A stretch of 64,000 bases of DNA from Eledone cirrhosa (lineage: Eukaryota). The stretch spans positions 350,052,001 to 350,116,000 of the forward strand of contig OZ024743.1 in the NCBI GenBank assembly GCA_964016885.1, written 5' to 3'. Position numbers and translations under genes: made by a program. The notes beneath the pieces are model-generated. The model searched no databases, was not told the DNA's origin, and saw only the letters and a program-made list of their open reading frames with translations. Below are positions 11,921-24,091 of this stretch, piece by piece; position 1 is the stretch's first letter; the number at the start of each line of letters is the position of its first letter.

Positions 11921-14026
11921 TTACCGTACTTTTGGTAGAGAAGGGATGGTTTTTACATCCCTTTTCACTTGATCGTCTGGTGAAGGGACCGTTGAATCGT
12001 CCCTTCGGCTGGTCGTCGGCTCTTCTAAGAGAATGTCTGAGTATACTCTTCGATTGATGGTTCCTCCTAGGTCCCTGAAATCACCAACTGCGTTGGGGAA
12101 TTTCGTTTTAATGTTTGTGTATTGTTTCTGTGCTATTTTTAGCAGTCTTATGTTAGTTGGCGTTTTGATTGGTGCTGGTATTATGTAGTCCTGTTGTGAA
12201 ATGTCTGTGTGTTCAATTATGTAAGTCATTAGTTTCTTGTTGTGTGTGTTTATTGCCGTGCATTTGTTTTTCTGGGGGTGGAGTGTGGTTCTGCTATTTT
12301 CTTGTCGTTGTTGCTGGGTGTGTGTGTTTTGTTGTTGTGTTTGCGATGTTGGTGCTTGTGGTGGTGGTGTTGAAGGTGTTGTTGGCGGTGGGGTTGTCGC
12401 CGGTGGTGATGGTGGTGCTAGTGTGGGTGGTGATGGTGTTGGTGTTGTTGCTGCTGTGGGTCTCTTTGCAGTAGACTTTACCCTTTTCTCATTTCTTTCC
12501 TCCCTTTTCAAAGGCAACGATGCGCTGCTTCTGCGTTTGTGCCTTCTTACGACCTTTTGCCATCCCTCTCCCACCTCACACTCCATGTCTGATTCTGTGA
12601 GGTCGGGGAGGGGTACCAGCTCCACTCTTTCACTTGTTGTTGTTGGTGATGTTTGCACTGGAGTCTCTGTTGCAGCTCCATTTGGTATTGCTGTTGTTGT
12701 TGTTAATATTTCCACTGCTGCTGCTGTTTTTGATTTCCGTGGAGTGGGTATGGGTGCCACGGGCCTATCGTTCCTGGTTGCCGCTTGTCCTGTTGCTGGT
12801 AGCCGTGGAGCCGGATTCGGAAGGAGGGGGGTTTTCTCCTTTCTCAGGGTCTTCTCGTTGCAGAAGGCCCTGAGGTGAGTCTTCGATCCACAGCGAAAGC
12901 ATTTCGGGCGTTTGCCCTCAACACTTATGGGCAGTTGAGTGCCGTTATCGAAGTCTATCACATCCGGGATAGCTTCGATGCACTCCTGGTTGGTTTGGAT
13001 TAGCATCTCAATGGAGGAGCCGACCCAATCTTCTCTTACTTTTTTCTGTACTTGCAGTACAGTTGTTTTGTCCTCGATTCCGACGAGGACAGACGCGGCC
13101 AGCCAAGAAGGGGTCATTCCGGGGGGGACGTGGGTCAGTTTGACCCTCACAATTTTTTGCCCGCAGTAGGAGGGCACCAACACCATTTCCTCGCTCCTTA
13201 GGGTCACTACTGATTGGGCCTTTGCCTCCTGGGGTGTGGCAAAAAGTACGTCTACGGTGGCATATTTTTTGCCTCGGGTGATGTGCGTTTTCCTCTGCCA
13301 CACAGACCCCAAGGCTTTTTGTATTTGGGCCTCTGTGGCTCTTTCCACCCTACGGGATTTTGTACTTACTGTACGGTACGTGACCGTACAGTGCTCTTGG
13401 GTTTCGAAAAATTTTTCCGCTGCCTTGCAGATTGCTCGGTGTCCGTTCTTTGTCACCATCTTCTTCGCTTCCTCTAATTCCTCAATTGTTATGAGGATTG
13501 TTTCCAAGTTTTTCGCAATACCTGCAAATGAGATTGGTTTTTCTCTGCTGTTGTTGTTGTCGTCAGAGCTGCTGGTACTTTTGTTGTTGCTGCAGGTACT
13601 ACGACTACTGCCTCTGCCGCTGTTGCTGTGGTTGTTGTTGGTGTTGCTGCTGCTAATGCTGTTGTTGTTTATGCTGCTGGTGATGCTGTTGCGGCTGCTA
13701 CTGTTGTTTTCATTGTCACTGTTGCTGTTATTATTACGGCTGCTACTGCTATTATTCCTGACGTCAGACGAATGAACTGGGTTTTCGTATTTCCCGCACA
13801 CCTGTTTCGTCGCTGTCGTCGTCGTCGTGGAGAAACCTTGCACGCTTTGCACGAGACTTTTCTTTTCTTTCGTCACTTGCGAAAGAGAAGGGAGGGAGAG
13901 AGACAATCTTCTCTCTGCTGTAGTGATGATTGAGGAAGAAGAAGACGGAATGAGTGGGAGTGACGTATGAAATTTCTTTTTCGTAGCCATGTTGTTTTTT
14001 TGTTTAAAATGAAATTTTGGGTACAA
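11921..14026 (-). CDS. Tx1-like ORF1 (gag-like; RRM-like region, CCHC knuckle, Pro/Thr-rich linker)
   Basis: 701 aa, open; CFRCGSKTHLRAFC = CX2CX4HX4C. Confidence 0.85.
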   Translation of the reverse strand: MYPKFHFKQKNNMATKKKFHTSLPLIPSSSSSIITTAERRLSLSLPSLSQVTKEKKSLVQSVQGFSTTTTTATKQVCGKYENPVHSSDVRNNSSSSRNNNSNSDNENNSSSRNSITSSINNNSISSSNTNNNHSNSGRGSSRSTCSNNKSTSSSDDNNNSREKPISFAGIAKNLETILITIEELEEAKKMVTKNGHRAICKAAEKFFETQEHCTVTYRTVSTKSRRVERATEAQIQKALGSVWQRKTHITRGKKYATVDVLFATPQEAKAQSVVTLRSEEMVLVPSYCGQKIVRVKLTHVPPGMTPSWLAASVLVGIEDKTTVLQVQKKVREDWVGSSIEMLIQTNQECIEAIPDVIDFDNGTQLPISVEGKRPKCFRCGSKTHLRAFCNEKTLRKEKTPLLPNPAPRLPATGQAATRNDRPVAPIPTPRKSKTAAAVEILTTTTAIPNGAATETPVQTSPTTTSERVELVPLPDLTESDMECEVGEGWQKVVRRHKRRSSASLPLKREERNEKRVKSTAKRPTAATTPTPSPPTLAPPSPPATTPPPTTPSTPPPQAPTSQTQQQNTHTQQQRQENSRTTLHPQKNKCTAINTHNKKLMTYIIEHTDISQQDYIIPAPIKTPTNIRLLKIAQKQYTNIKTKFPNAVGDFRDLGGTINRRVYSDILLEEPTTSRRDDSTVPSPDDQVKRDVKTIPSLPKVR

Positions 14027-14230
14027 AACCCCAATAACTGGTTATTTAACCCCGAAGGGCCAAATAACGGACAGAAAGACCCCTCTCACGAGGAGGAGGG
14101 TGTCTTTATCAACAATTTGGTTCAAGTTTTAAACAATTTACAATTGTTTTAACGGTTAAAAATTACTATACCTTACAGAGCCGAGCCTCCGTCAACCATG
14201 GCATTCAATAATAATAATAATAATAATAAT

Positions 14231-17200
14231 AAATGTTTTCTTTATTAACCACAAGGGTTCACATAAAGTAGACATTAAGGACAGTACAGGACGGTACAAA
14301 TGGGCATTTCTGCATGTAAAAAACAAAAACAGAGGATGTAATAATAGAACAATGAAAAAAATTCCACAATAGGGTGGTGGCTTCCGAGGGACATTCGTGG
14401 AGAAAGCACATTAAAAGGCCACAGTGACCCTGACCACCAGGGCAAGTGCCCTATCTCAGTTTTCCACCTTTAATTTACAGACACATACTCAGAGTAGGCA
14501 CATTCACTCGGGCCATTCTTGCCTCTCTCACCCATCTTTCAACAAAATGCTGGGAAGAGAGCACTTCACCTTCTACCCTGATTTTCCTTTTTAAATGAAA
14601 TTTGAAAAAGTTAATCAGGGCATCACGAAGAGGTAAGTGCTCGTCTTCAGCCCTTTCAAACGTGTCCACCATACTATCTCTTTCGCCATGGCCACCAGAC
14701 AGATAAAAACTGCCCGCCCTTCCCGGCTAAAGGAAGAGGGCGGGGCAATCCTCACGATGAACTCAGCTGATAGCTGGATCTGTCCTACATGCGACAGCAG
14801 ATGTTCGACATAAACCCACAAGTCAGCAATGCTCGGACACTGGACGAGTGCGTGCAGAACGGTTTCGTCACCCTGCGCGCATCTCGGACATGCCCGGCTG
14901 ACGGCACCTCCATGCCTGTAGAGTTTATCCCGAACTGGCAAAGCTCCTCGGTAGCACTGCCAGGCCAGAGATTTCTGGAAGTTGTCCATAGGCCACGGCC
15001 CGAAAGTTCTTCCGAAGAGATTGGCTAGTTAATTTTCGTCGACGCCTAGAGTTTTCCCAAGTACGTCGTCGCTCTTCCCCTCCACTAATCCACTATAGAA
15101 CGCTAAAGTGGAGTTTCCACCGACCAATTGCCCGATTGGTCGAGGGCTGTAAGCGCCTAAAGACATTCCAGTCTCCAAGCGCTCCCTCTCGACTTCGCTT
15201 GACCCAGGACTGCAGCTCCGTCAAGGAGACTAGCTGGGGAAAGACGCGTCTAGCAAACGGCGACCACACCTGATCACCGTCGAGGAAGAGGTGGACATGT
15301 CGTAGCCTGAACACGTGTCTGCGCATCATCAGCCACGGCATTCCCAGCCCTCTACGTAGCGGGTGTTGACAGCAGATGGACCGGCTGACCATCGGAGCGC
15401 GTCCCTTCCACAAAAAGCGAAAGAGCAAACGCTCCAGCGCAGTCAGGCGGGGCTTAGGACAAGGTACGACGGTCAGGCGGTAGCAGATGACAGACGCGAT
15501 GTACGCGTTAGCCACCTCCGCTCGACCTTTCAGGGATAACTTCCTTTCGGCCCATTTCTGGGTGAGAGAAGCCACCCTGCTCGTCACCTCGTCCCAGTTT
15601 TTGTCCGTCTAGAGATCCGAACCGAACCAGACCCCGAGCTATTTAACCGGTCCGTCCGTCCAGCACCCGACGACGCTGTTGGACGGCATGGACCTGCCTC
15701 TCCAGGTGCCGAGCTGCAGGCCCACTGACTTTTCCTGGTTGATCATTGCTCCTGTCACCGCTTCGTATTCTCTTAGTGTAGTGCCGATCGCCTCGATGTG
15801 TTTGGCGTTCGACACCAATACGGTGACATCGTCCGCATATGCTGACACGGATCTTCCGCATCCTAGTTCGCACGGGACACCCCTCACCGTCTCCAGTTTG
15901 TACAGTAATGGCTCGAGAGTCAATACGTACAAGAGGGACGAGAGGGGACATCCTTGGCGGACCGAGCGCATGATGTTGAACGGTTCCGAAAGGTGACCGT
16001 TCACTCTCACCACAGAGCAGATGTCGCTGTGCATGGCAGCGATCCAGCCTCTGAAGACGGGCCCAAAGCCAGCCGCCCTCGGGACTGCCGCTAGGTAACG
16101 ATGGTCGACCCTATCGAAAGCTTTCGACTGATCTAAATTGATCAAGGACCCACCCGTGCCAGGTTCCCTAGCTACCCTCTCTACGATGTATCGCATGAAG
16201 TGGAGGTTGTCGTGGAAGGAACTGTCGGGAATGGCTACCAACGACAAGCGCCAACCTCTTTGCTAGCACCTTGGCCAAAATCTTGAATCTGTGTTTAGCA
16301 GAGTTATGGGTCTAAAATTATCTATGTTATGCCCCTTGTTCGGATCCTTTGTTCGGATCCTTCCTCAGCTCACAGAGTTGGGAATTCTTCCGTTCTGTTG
16401 CCAGTTGCAGTAGACGTCCGCCAAGAGGCCTCCGAACAAGTCTGGTATCTGTACGTAAAGTGCATAGGGCAGACCATCCAAACCAGACGATTTACCCCTT
16501 GTGCAGCTAGTCATTGCCTCCCGTACTTCAGCTGCTGTTATCGGCTTTTCGTAACACTCCGCCTCAGTGGCCGAGAGCCGCGGCAGACCGTCGAGGTAGA
16601 CACTAAAGTCCATCCCTCGATCCGGCCCGCCGCTGCACCCGAACAACTGAGCGAAGCGTCACTGAAAAGCTTCACACATTTGCCCGGGATCGAGTAGCAT
16701 ACGCCCGTCGGTGGCTTTGTTGCCACGACGCGCCTCCGCCACTCGGGCCCATTGAACTGTTTTCGTCCCCACGTGTCTGAGAGCATTCACCCTAGCTCTG
16801 ACAACGCAGCCTTCGTGCTTTGCATTGAAGAATTGGTCAAGGGCCAATTGCGCCGCAAGTATGTCGGTCGCGATGCCTTTGCTAAGCGCCTCGTCTAATT
16901 TTCTAACTAATTCTCCCTCTGCTCTATTTAACTAGTTAACGCCCGCTTAACTAGTTCACTAATCCGGTCTCTGTAGGCCTTGCGCGCTGGTAAGGACGCG
17001 TTTAGCTTCCAGTCGCCGGGTCCTCATCTATGAAGCCTATCTAAGTCAAGCACACAGATCACGAATTTCTGGTCCGTGTAGCTGAATATCTTGAATTGTG
17101 GACAGCCTATGCTAGACCTATCTATTTCTCTACAAAATACTCTATCTAGATATGATCTGGATGACCCTATACGATTTGTCCAAGTCCACATTGGCACATT

Positions 17201-19327
17201 CGGGAAATCCAATCGGTACTTGTCAGACATTTCAAAACCTCTGAGCAGGTTGGTGAGGCTCTTGCACCTTCCTCCCCTATCCGCTAATCCCACACAGTCC
17301 CAGCGTGTATCTAAGATCCCGTTCCAGTCGCCCACTAACACTAAAGAGCGGGACGTTCCAAGAAAGGTCTCCAGACGCCGGAAGAAATCAGGCCGCCCTG
17401 CTCCTGTCGGGGCATAGACGGCCACTAGCCTGAAAGCTTGTCCGTCTCCGCTGGTCACGTCTAGCACCACCAACTTACCTTCTGGGTCCAGGAAGATGGC
17501 CCGTATGGCGAGATCCAAACCTCTCCGAAAAAGCACAGCATCTCCTCCCCCTGATCCCGGACGGCTTGGAAGTGCGTACACATCGTAGCCGCCGAAGATC
17601 GTGCGAAGGCCTGTGCCTCGGAGAATCTGGTCTCGCTGATGGCCACTGCATCTATGTTTAGTGACCTGAGGTCGTTGAGCAGGTGGCCCTGCTTCCATGA
17701 CGACCCCAAGCCACGCGCATTTATGCTGCCTATTGTGAGTATTTCATGTTGAAATGGAGTGGAAAAGATGGGAAAGACCACTTACCTTACTTCTCGTAGA
17801 GGAAGGATGGTTTGTCCATCCTTTTCACCGCTGTGGCCTCCTCCGGAGGGATGTCCTTATAAATCTCCTGGAGAGTGTTTGTCGGAAGTCTCCGATGTCT
17901 TTGGGGATTTTTTGTTTTAGTGTCGTGTACGTTTTCTGTGTGATGCGAGTGATATGTATGTGTGGAGGTGGTGTGAACGTTTGGGCTGTTGTGTAGTATT
18001 TTTCTGTGATGCTGGTGTTGTGTTGCATGTAGTGTAATAATTGCTTGTTCAAATTTAATTGTTTCTACTTTTGGCACAAGGCCGCAAATTACCCAGTGTA
18101 TTACTGGTACTTTATTTTATCGACCCCATAAGGATGAAAGGCAAAGTTAACCTCGGCGGGATTTGAACTCAGAATGGCAAGGGCCGTAACTCTATGCATC
18201 AAAGCATGGCGTCCAACCCTCTACCGTTACTGCCAATCCACCGCCCCTGTGTAGTGTGTATCGTTTTGGTTGTATTGTTTTGTTTGCGTTTGTTGTGGGT
18301 TTGTTTCTGTTAAGCTTTTTGTTGACTTTTGTGGTGTTGGTGATGGTGGTGTTGGGGTTAATGATGGTGATGGTGTTGGTGTTTGTGGTGATGGGGTTGC
18401 TGATGCTGGTGTGGATGGTGGCATACCTGTCCTAACTTTTTTGTTTGATAATTTATTTGTTTCCCCTCTGTATTTTTTTTTTTTGGAGGGGGAAGGAAGA
18501 GAATTTTTTCTTTGTTGGTTACTTTTTTTCTTTTTCCCTGATACCGTTTCCTACTCCTCGTCGTCACAATCTGTCTCCAGTTGCGATAAGCCGGGGAGTG
18601 GAATATCCTCCATAGGCGTTGGTTTTGGTTGTGGCGTGGTGGATGGTGTAGGCGCTGGTGCTAGTTCTGGCGCGTTGCTGCCATTTCTGTTGCTGGTGGT
18701 GTTGATGATTGAGTCACTGGGGTGGGTAAGAGAGGTGGCCTCAACCTTTTAGCCTGAGGACAGAAAGCCCTTAGGTGGGTTCCTTCACCACAAACGACAC
18801 ACCTAGGCCTTCTGCCCTCGACGATTACGGTGAGGTGGCTGCCGTCAGTGAGGTCTATTACCTCTGGGATCTCCTCAATGCTTTTATGGTCCGCTTGGAT
18901 CAGGAGCTCCAGCCCAGATCCGGACCAGTTCTCCTGCTTTTCTTTCGCTATTTCAATTATCTTGGTGTTTGCCTCGATGCTGGCGAGGACGGCAGCCATT
19001 AGCCAGGGAATTTCGATGGCCGGTGGAACGTGGGTCACCCTGATCTTCACAAGTCTCTGGCCACAATAGCTTGGGACGAGTGTGAAGTCGTCACTTCTTA
19101 ATGGGGCCTTGGAGTGTTCTCTGGCCTCCTGTGGTGTTTCAAAGAACACGTCCACGGTTCCATATTTCTGCCCACGTCTGATGTGGGTTTTTTTTGCCCA
19201 CACATGTCCCAAAGCTTTTGGGATTTGGGACTCGGATGCCCGTTCCACTCGGTGCGATTTTATGTTAATAGTCCGATAAGACACGGTACATAGGCGACTA
19301 TGCTCTATTTTATTAGGTGGGATGTGT

Positions 19328-19358
<31 letters not shown>

Positions 19359-20051
19359 GGGGGCTGACCTTGTACCCGTCTTTCTTTACCATTCCTTTGG
19401 CTTCTAATTCCTCCTGAGTTACCTGGATCGCTTCGCACGTTTTTGCTACTCTGGCAAAATTCAGGGTAGTTTTCTTAATTTCATTGTTGCTGTTGTTGTT
19501 ATCGTTATTTTTGTTATTGTTAATTTTAGTTTCAGTTGTGGTGGTGGTGGCTTCAGTGGTGTTTGGTGTGGAAGAGATCAATTTGGTTGAATTCATTTCG
19601 ATATCACAAGTTAATTTATTTTTTTCTTTTGTTTCTGTTGTCGCTGTGGTGGTGGTGGGGGTGGCGGCTTTAACACCTGCAGTCATTGGTAATGGCGGGA
19701 AATGAACGTCTGCCTGAGACAAATTTAAAATATTGCTACTGCTTACATTTCCAGTGCTGGCAAACGTAGCAATATTTACAATGGTGGTGTCGGTGTGAGG
19801 TGTTAGTTTGTGAAGAAGGAGTGACTCTGAATCATCCATGATTTTTCATAGAAAAATTTTTGTTTGATAATTATAAAAAGTTTAAATTTTGGGCTCGTGG
19901 CCCCAATATTTTTGAGTGTCCTTTTCAGAAATCACTGTATGTGCACTTATATACAGTTAATACAAATTTTCCATAAATGGCAATTTTAAACAACTGAAAA
20001 TAACAAACCTTTGCGGAGCTCACGATGATACGATTTACTACGTAGGTCGCC
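14231..20051 (-). mobile_element. Full-length degenerate Tx1-like element (copy C)
   Basis: ORF2 pieces nearly identical to copy B but with many indels; divergent ORF1 (CVVCGEGTHLRAFC) interrupted by a SINE; (AAT)n on both sides. Confidence 0.9.
18057..18248 (-). mobile_element. tRNA-derived SINE inserted in copy C ORF1
   Basis: Reverse complement of the SINE at 29147. Confidence 0.85.
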
Positions 20052-20279
20052 AATAATAATAATAATAATAATGGAAGAAAACGAACATGGTGGATATATA
20101 TCGTTATGGAATCGCTCCTGTAGGTTTTGATTTTTACTTATTTAAAACAACTGTGATAGAATAATTCTTATTACAAATGAAATATAAGATTACAATTTTA
20201 ATGCTCAGCAAGCCATAACGCATCACTTTACGGCATAGGGCCCCAATATTTCATATTTAATTTTGGATTTTAATGTTAT

Positions 20280-20866
20280 AGTCGAAAAAGAGGAAAATGG
20301 CATACTTGAAAAAGATCACATCTTAATCTTCTGGAACTTTAGCATCTAAACAGACCGAAAACTAGATGCAAATAGACCTGATATAATACTGAAGGACTTT
20401 AAAAAGAGGGTATGCCTGCTAATTGATATGTCCGTTCCAATAGACAAGAATATATCTATAAAAACCTTTGAAAAATCGAGCAAGTATAAAGACCTGGAGA
20501 TAGAAATTGGAAAAATGTGGAAATTGAGAACTAAAACAATACCAGTGGTTGTAGGCGATCTAGGAATGATACCTAAGGGGTCTAATGATTACTTATCGCA
20601 AATCCCAGGAACCCCGCGTATAGGAGAAATACAAAAGATAGTACTAATGGGAACTGCCCATATACTAAGGAAGATTCTGTCAATATAATACATCACAAGT
20701 CTAAACACCTAAAGATGCATGTGTGAGTATGTATGTTCTTTTTTGAACATGGTGGACCTTGTTGTCTTTTGAGGTCACTGGTTGTGACTTGGTGATAACT
20801 CGTATGAACATAAAGCAAGATAAATGTAACTATAATAATAATAACAACAACAACAACAATAATAAT
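20280..20866 (+). mobile_element. Dong/R4 3' fragment (restriction-like endonuclease) ending in (TAA/CAA)n
   Basis: ANRPDIILKD..CLLIDMSVP..EKSSKYKDLEIEI..IPVVVGDLG..GTAHILRK; 5' boundary approximate. Confidence 0.8.
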
Positions 20867-20943
20867 ACACATTGCAGCATATGGTGATTGACACCCATTC
20901 TCAATAGCCACAGAATAGAAAAAATAGAAAACTATTTACTCAC

Positions 20944-20978
20944 ATCCCCTTCAGATTCGAGTACATATTCCATATAAG
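20944..20978 (-). CDS. Host gene exon, cytoplasmic: (T)YMEYVLESEGD
   Basis: tatttcag acceptor and strong gtgagt donor; phase 1-0 reading is open. Confidence 0.55.
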
Positions 20979-21084
20979 CTGAAATATGATAAAAAAATGA
21001 AATGAAAGTTATATGATGTTATCTAAAAAATAAAGTTTGAAAACGTTGCGCTAACGTATTTAACTGACTGTATATATATAAAGA

Positions 21085-21193
21085 AAAAAGTATGACCCCG
21101 ACGGTAGAACTCAATCCGTTTCGACGGCTATTTCTGGAGTCCAGAAATAGCCGTCAAAACGGCTTGAGCTCTGCCGTCGGGGTCATACTTTTT
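21085..21193. repeat. Palindrome built from a hammerhead 3' half (stem II-GAAA-stem III-UC)
   Basis: Minus strand reads ...cggctatttctgga c tccagaaatagccg tc GAAA cgg..ccg TC ggggtc, mirrored on the other arm. Confidence 0.7.
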
Positions 21194-21274
21194 CCTATTA
21201 TCCACTCTACTACCCTAAGTATTGAGTACTTTGGTGCATTATGGTCCATCTGGTTCCTTACCACAACTCCTTCG

Positions 21275-21348
<74 letters not shown>

Positions 21349-21414
21349 CCCGAGTTCAAACGCAGATAACCACAATAAGTAATGTACTCAATACATAGCA
21401 GAGTATAAATATTG

Positions 21415-21532
21415 AATATAGAAATGGCTTCTACAAGACTAGAACTGTTTCATTCGAGAGAAATAATCAGGAAGCCCTGATGATTTCTTCCGAATGAAAC
21501 ACTTCTAGTCCTGTAGATGCCATTTCTATATT
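21415..21532. ncRNA. Head-to-head pair of degenerate type I hammerhead motifs
   Basis: Minus: ggcttc CTGATTA..GAAA cag..ttg TA gaagcc. Plus: CTGATGA..GAAA cac..ctg TA gatgcc. Confidence 0.7.
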
Positions 21533-21853
21533 AAATATATATATCTAAACTATAATAAAGTAAGAAACCTATATCGGGCAATAGCCCGATATAGGTTTCT
21601 TATTTTTATTGATTTATTACTTTAAATCGAGTCAAGCAAACCTTGTTGTTTTAAATTAGTATTTTTCAACCTAGCTAACTTTGTCATTTGCAATTGCAAC
21701 ACATGTATACTTATATATGTATTCATCCCTCTCATATATTCAATTATATTACACGGCTCGGAAAGATTCCCTTCTTTCTACTTAATTGTAAAATACTATT
21801 TTGAGTTTATAACTCAATCTATGATATATATATATATATATATATATATACTG

Positions 21854-21889
<36 letters not shown>

Positions 21890-21952
21890 TGTTATATATA
21901 TATATATATATGCCCACACGCACACATATATATATATATATATGCACACACG

Positions 21953-21984
<32 letters not shown>

Positions 21985-22199
21985 CATTTATATATACATA
22001 TATATATGCATATATATATACATATTTATATATAAAGTTTTCGGCTCTGTTTAACTACATTGAGCTATACCTTTTACTGTCATTTCTATAATACGAAGAG
22101 GGTGTTTAACTCCAACACACTCCAGTATTTTAACCCTTATATAAATATATATATACATATATATATACATATTTATATATAAATATATATATACATATT

Positions 22200-22244
<45 letters not shown>

Positions 22245-22246
<2 letters not shown>

Positions 22247-22366
22247 GTGGTTACACAACAGTTAGTTCACCATACCGAGAACAATTGTTTCACATCCCAA
22301 ACTGAAGATCCGCGAAGGTGAAACAATTGTTCTCGGTAGGGTGAACTAGCTGTTGTGTAACCACTT
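22245..22366 (+). ncRNA. Fold-back repeat enclosing a hammerhead core
   Basis: CTGAAGA tccgcgaaggt GAAA caattg TT ctcgg; ~50-bp inverted arms; same family as 53628-53700. Confidence 0.7.
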
Positions 22367-22467
22367 TTACCTAACTCGTCCCTTGGACTGAGTGCTCTAC
22401 CACTACGGATATTACCTTCCAGTGTTCCACCACTATATATATATATATATATATGTATATATAATAA

Positions 22468-22660
22468 TAATTGTTTCTACTTTAGGCACAAAGCCAGCAA
22501 TTACCCAGTGCATTACTGGTACTTTATGTTATCGAACCCGTAAGGATGAAAGGCAAAGTCAACCTCGGCGGGATTTGAACTCAGATCGTAAAGGGACGTA
22601 ATCTATGCTGGAAAGCATGGCGTCCGACCCTCTACCGATACTGCCAATCCACCGCCCTTA
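22468..22660 (-). mobile_element. tRNA-derived SINE
   Basis: Same family as 29147; flanked by ataataataat. Confidence 0.85.
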
Positions 22661-22846
22661 ATAATAATAATATTTATACTTATACATAAACTATATATAA
22701 TTATAAACAGGAAAGATCAGTATTTTTTGTATTTTTTACCACCTTATTACCAGTGTGAAAGATACCTCAATGTAAATACATCAGATGTCTTACAGAGCAG
22801 GAATATAAAGTAGAGAACAATCAAAACTTTGTTTAATACATTTTAT

Positions 22847-22892
22847 TGCTGACAATCGTTTCTTCCAAACAGCCGTTTGGATCATCGGAGCA
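22847..22892 (-). ncRNA. Minimal hammerhead motif with a U4C change
   Basis: tgct CCGATGA tccaaac ggct gtttgga a GAAA cgattg TC agca. Confidence 0.7.
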
Positions 22893-23211
22893 TTGGCAAA
22901 GTTTAAACATATAATTTACCTCTTATTCTACAGAACAATCGTAAAGATATGTTGATATCATTGTTGCTATCAATAGTGTCATATTTAAAGAGAGTGAAGA
23001 TGTTGTGGTCAATAGAAATAGGTATAATAAAGATTATAAAAGAATTATAAAAGAAAGTAATCTTTATTATCACCAATTCTATTGACCACAACATCTTCAC
23101 TCTCTTTAAATATGACACTATTGATAGCAACAATGACATCAACATATCTTTACGATTGTTCTGTAGAATAGGAGGTTAATTAAATGTTTAAACTTTGCCA
23201 ATGCTCCGATG
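22883..23211. repeat. Fold-back inverted repeat, ~150-bp arms
   Basis: catcggagcattggcaaagtttaaaca... mirrored by ...tgtttaaactttgccaatgctccgatg; ~20-nt spacer. Confidence 0.9.
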
Positions 23212-23252
23212 TCATCAATAAAATGTATGAAATATAGTTTTGATTGTTCTCT

Positions 23253-23329
<77 letters not shown>

Positions 23330-23338
23330 TTATATATA

Positions 23339-23394
<56 letters not shown>

Positions 23395-23473
23395 GGTCCC
23401 GGGTTGAGTCGGGGATAACCACAGTAAGTAAGGTACTCAATACATGGCAGAGTAAAATATATTTAGCTTTTAT

Positions 23474-23527
23474 GAGCTTCCTGAAGATTTCATCTTAATT
23501 CAAGCAGTACTAGTCCTGTAGAAGCTC
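23474..23527 (+). ncRNA. Degenerate hammerhead motif
   Basis: gagcttc CTGAAGA..(tcaag) cag tactagtc ctg TA gaagctc; GAAA is mutated; upstream leader shared with 21365-21410. Confidence 0.55.
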
Positions 23528-23537
23528 CTTCTATACA

Positions 23538-23573
<36 letters not shown>

Positions 23574-23739
23574 CGTGTGTGTATGTATGTGTGTGTGTGT
23601 ATATATATATAAATATATATACGGCTAGTAAGTCGGATAAAATACTTTGTTGTAATCGTCCTGGAACTCTGCATTCTGAGTTCAAATTCCACCGAAATCA
23701 AATTTGCTTTTCCCCTCTTCATGTACTAATCCAATATCT

Positions 23740-23783
<44 letters not shown>

Positions 23784-24091
23784 ACTTACACTCGCTCTCT
23801 CTCTTTCTCTCACTCAATGTATATATATACACACACATCACAAACATACATACATATATATATATATAGAGAGAGAGATAGGTAGAGATAGACAGAGAGA
23901 TAGATGGGGGGGGGGGGTAGGATCAACCGAAATATTGGATTGGTACATGAACAGATGCAAACCATAGTTGACCTCGGTGGTATTTGTACTCGAAATGCAG
24001 AATTCCAGAACGAATATATTTATCTAACTTCCTAGCTATTCTGCCAATCTATCGCTCTTTAATAAAGATATAGATAAATAAGAAAACTTGC

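Larger units (their letters stand above)
8203..14206 (-). mobile_element. Full-length Tx1/L1-clade non-LTR retrotransposon (copy B)
   Basis: ORF1 + APE-RT ORF2, 3'UTR with AATAAA, (AAT)n on both sides. Confidence 0.92.

Noticed and set aside
8227-13933. Antisense and alternate-frame ORFs over the Tx1 elements (likewise over the RTEs)
   Set aside because: Shadow ORFs of GC-rich or low-complexity coding sequence with no recognisable motifs
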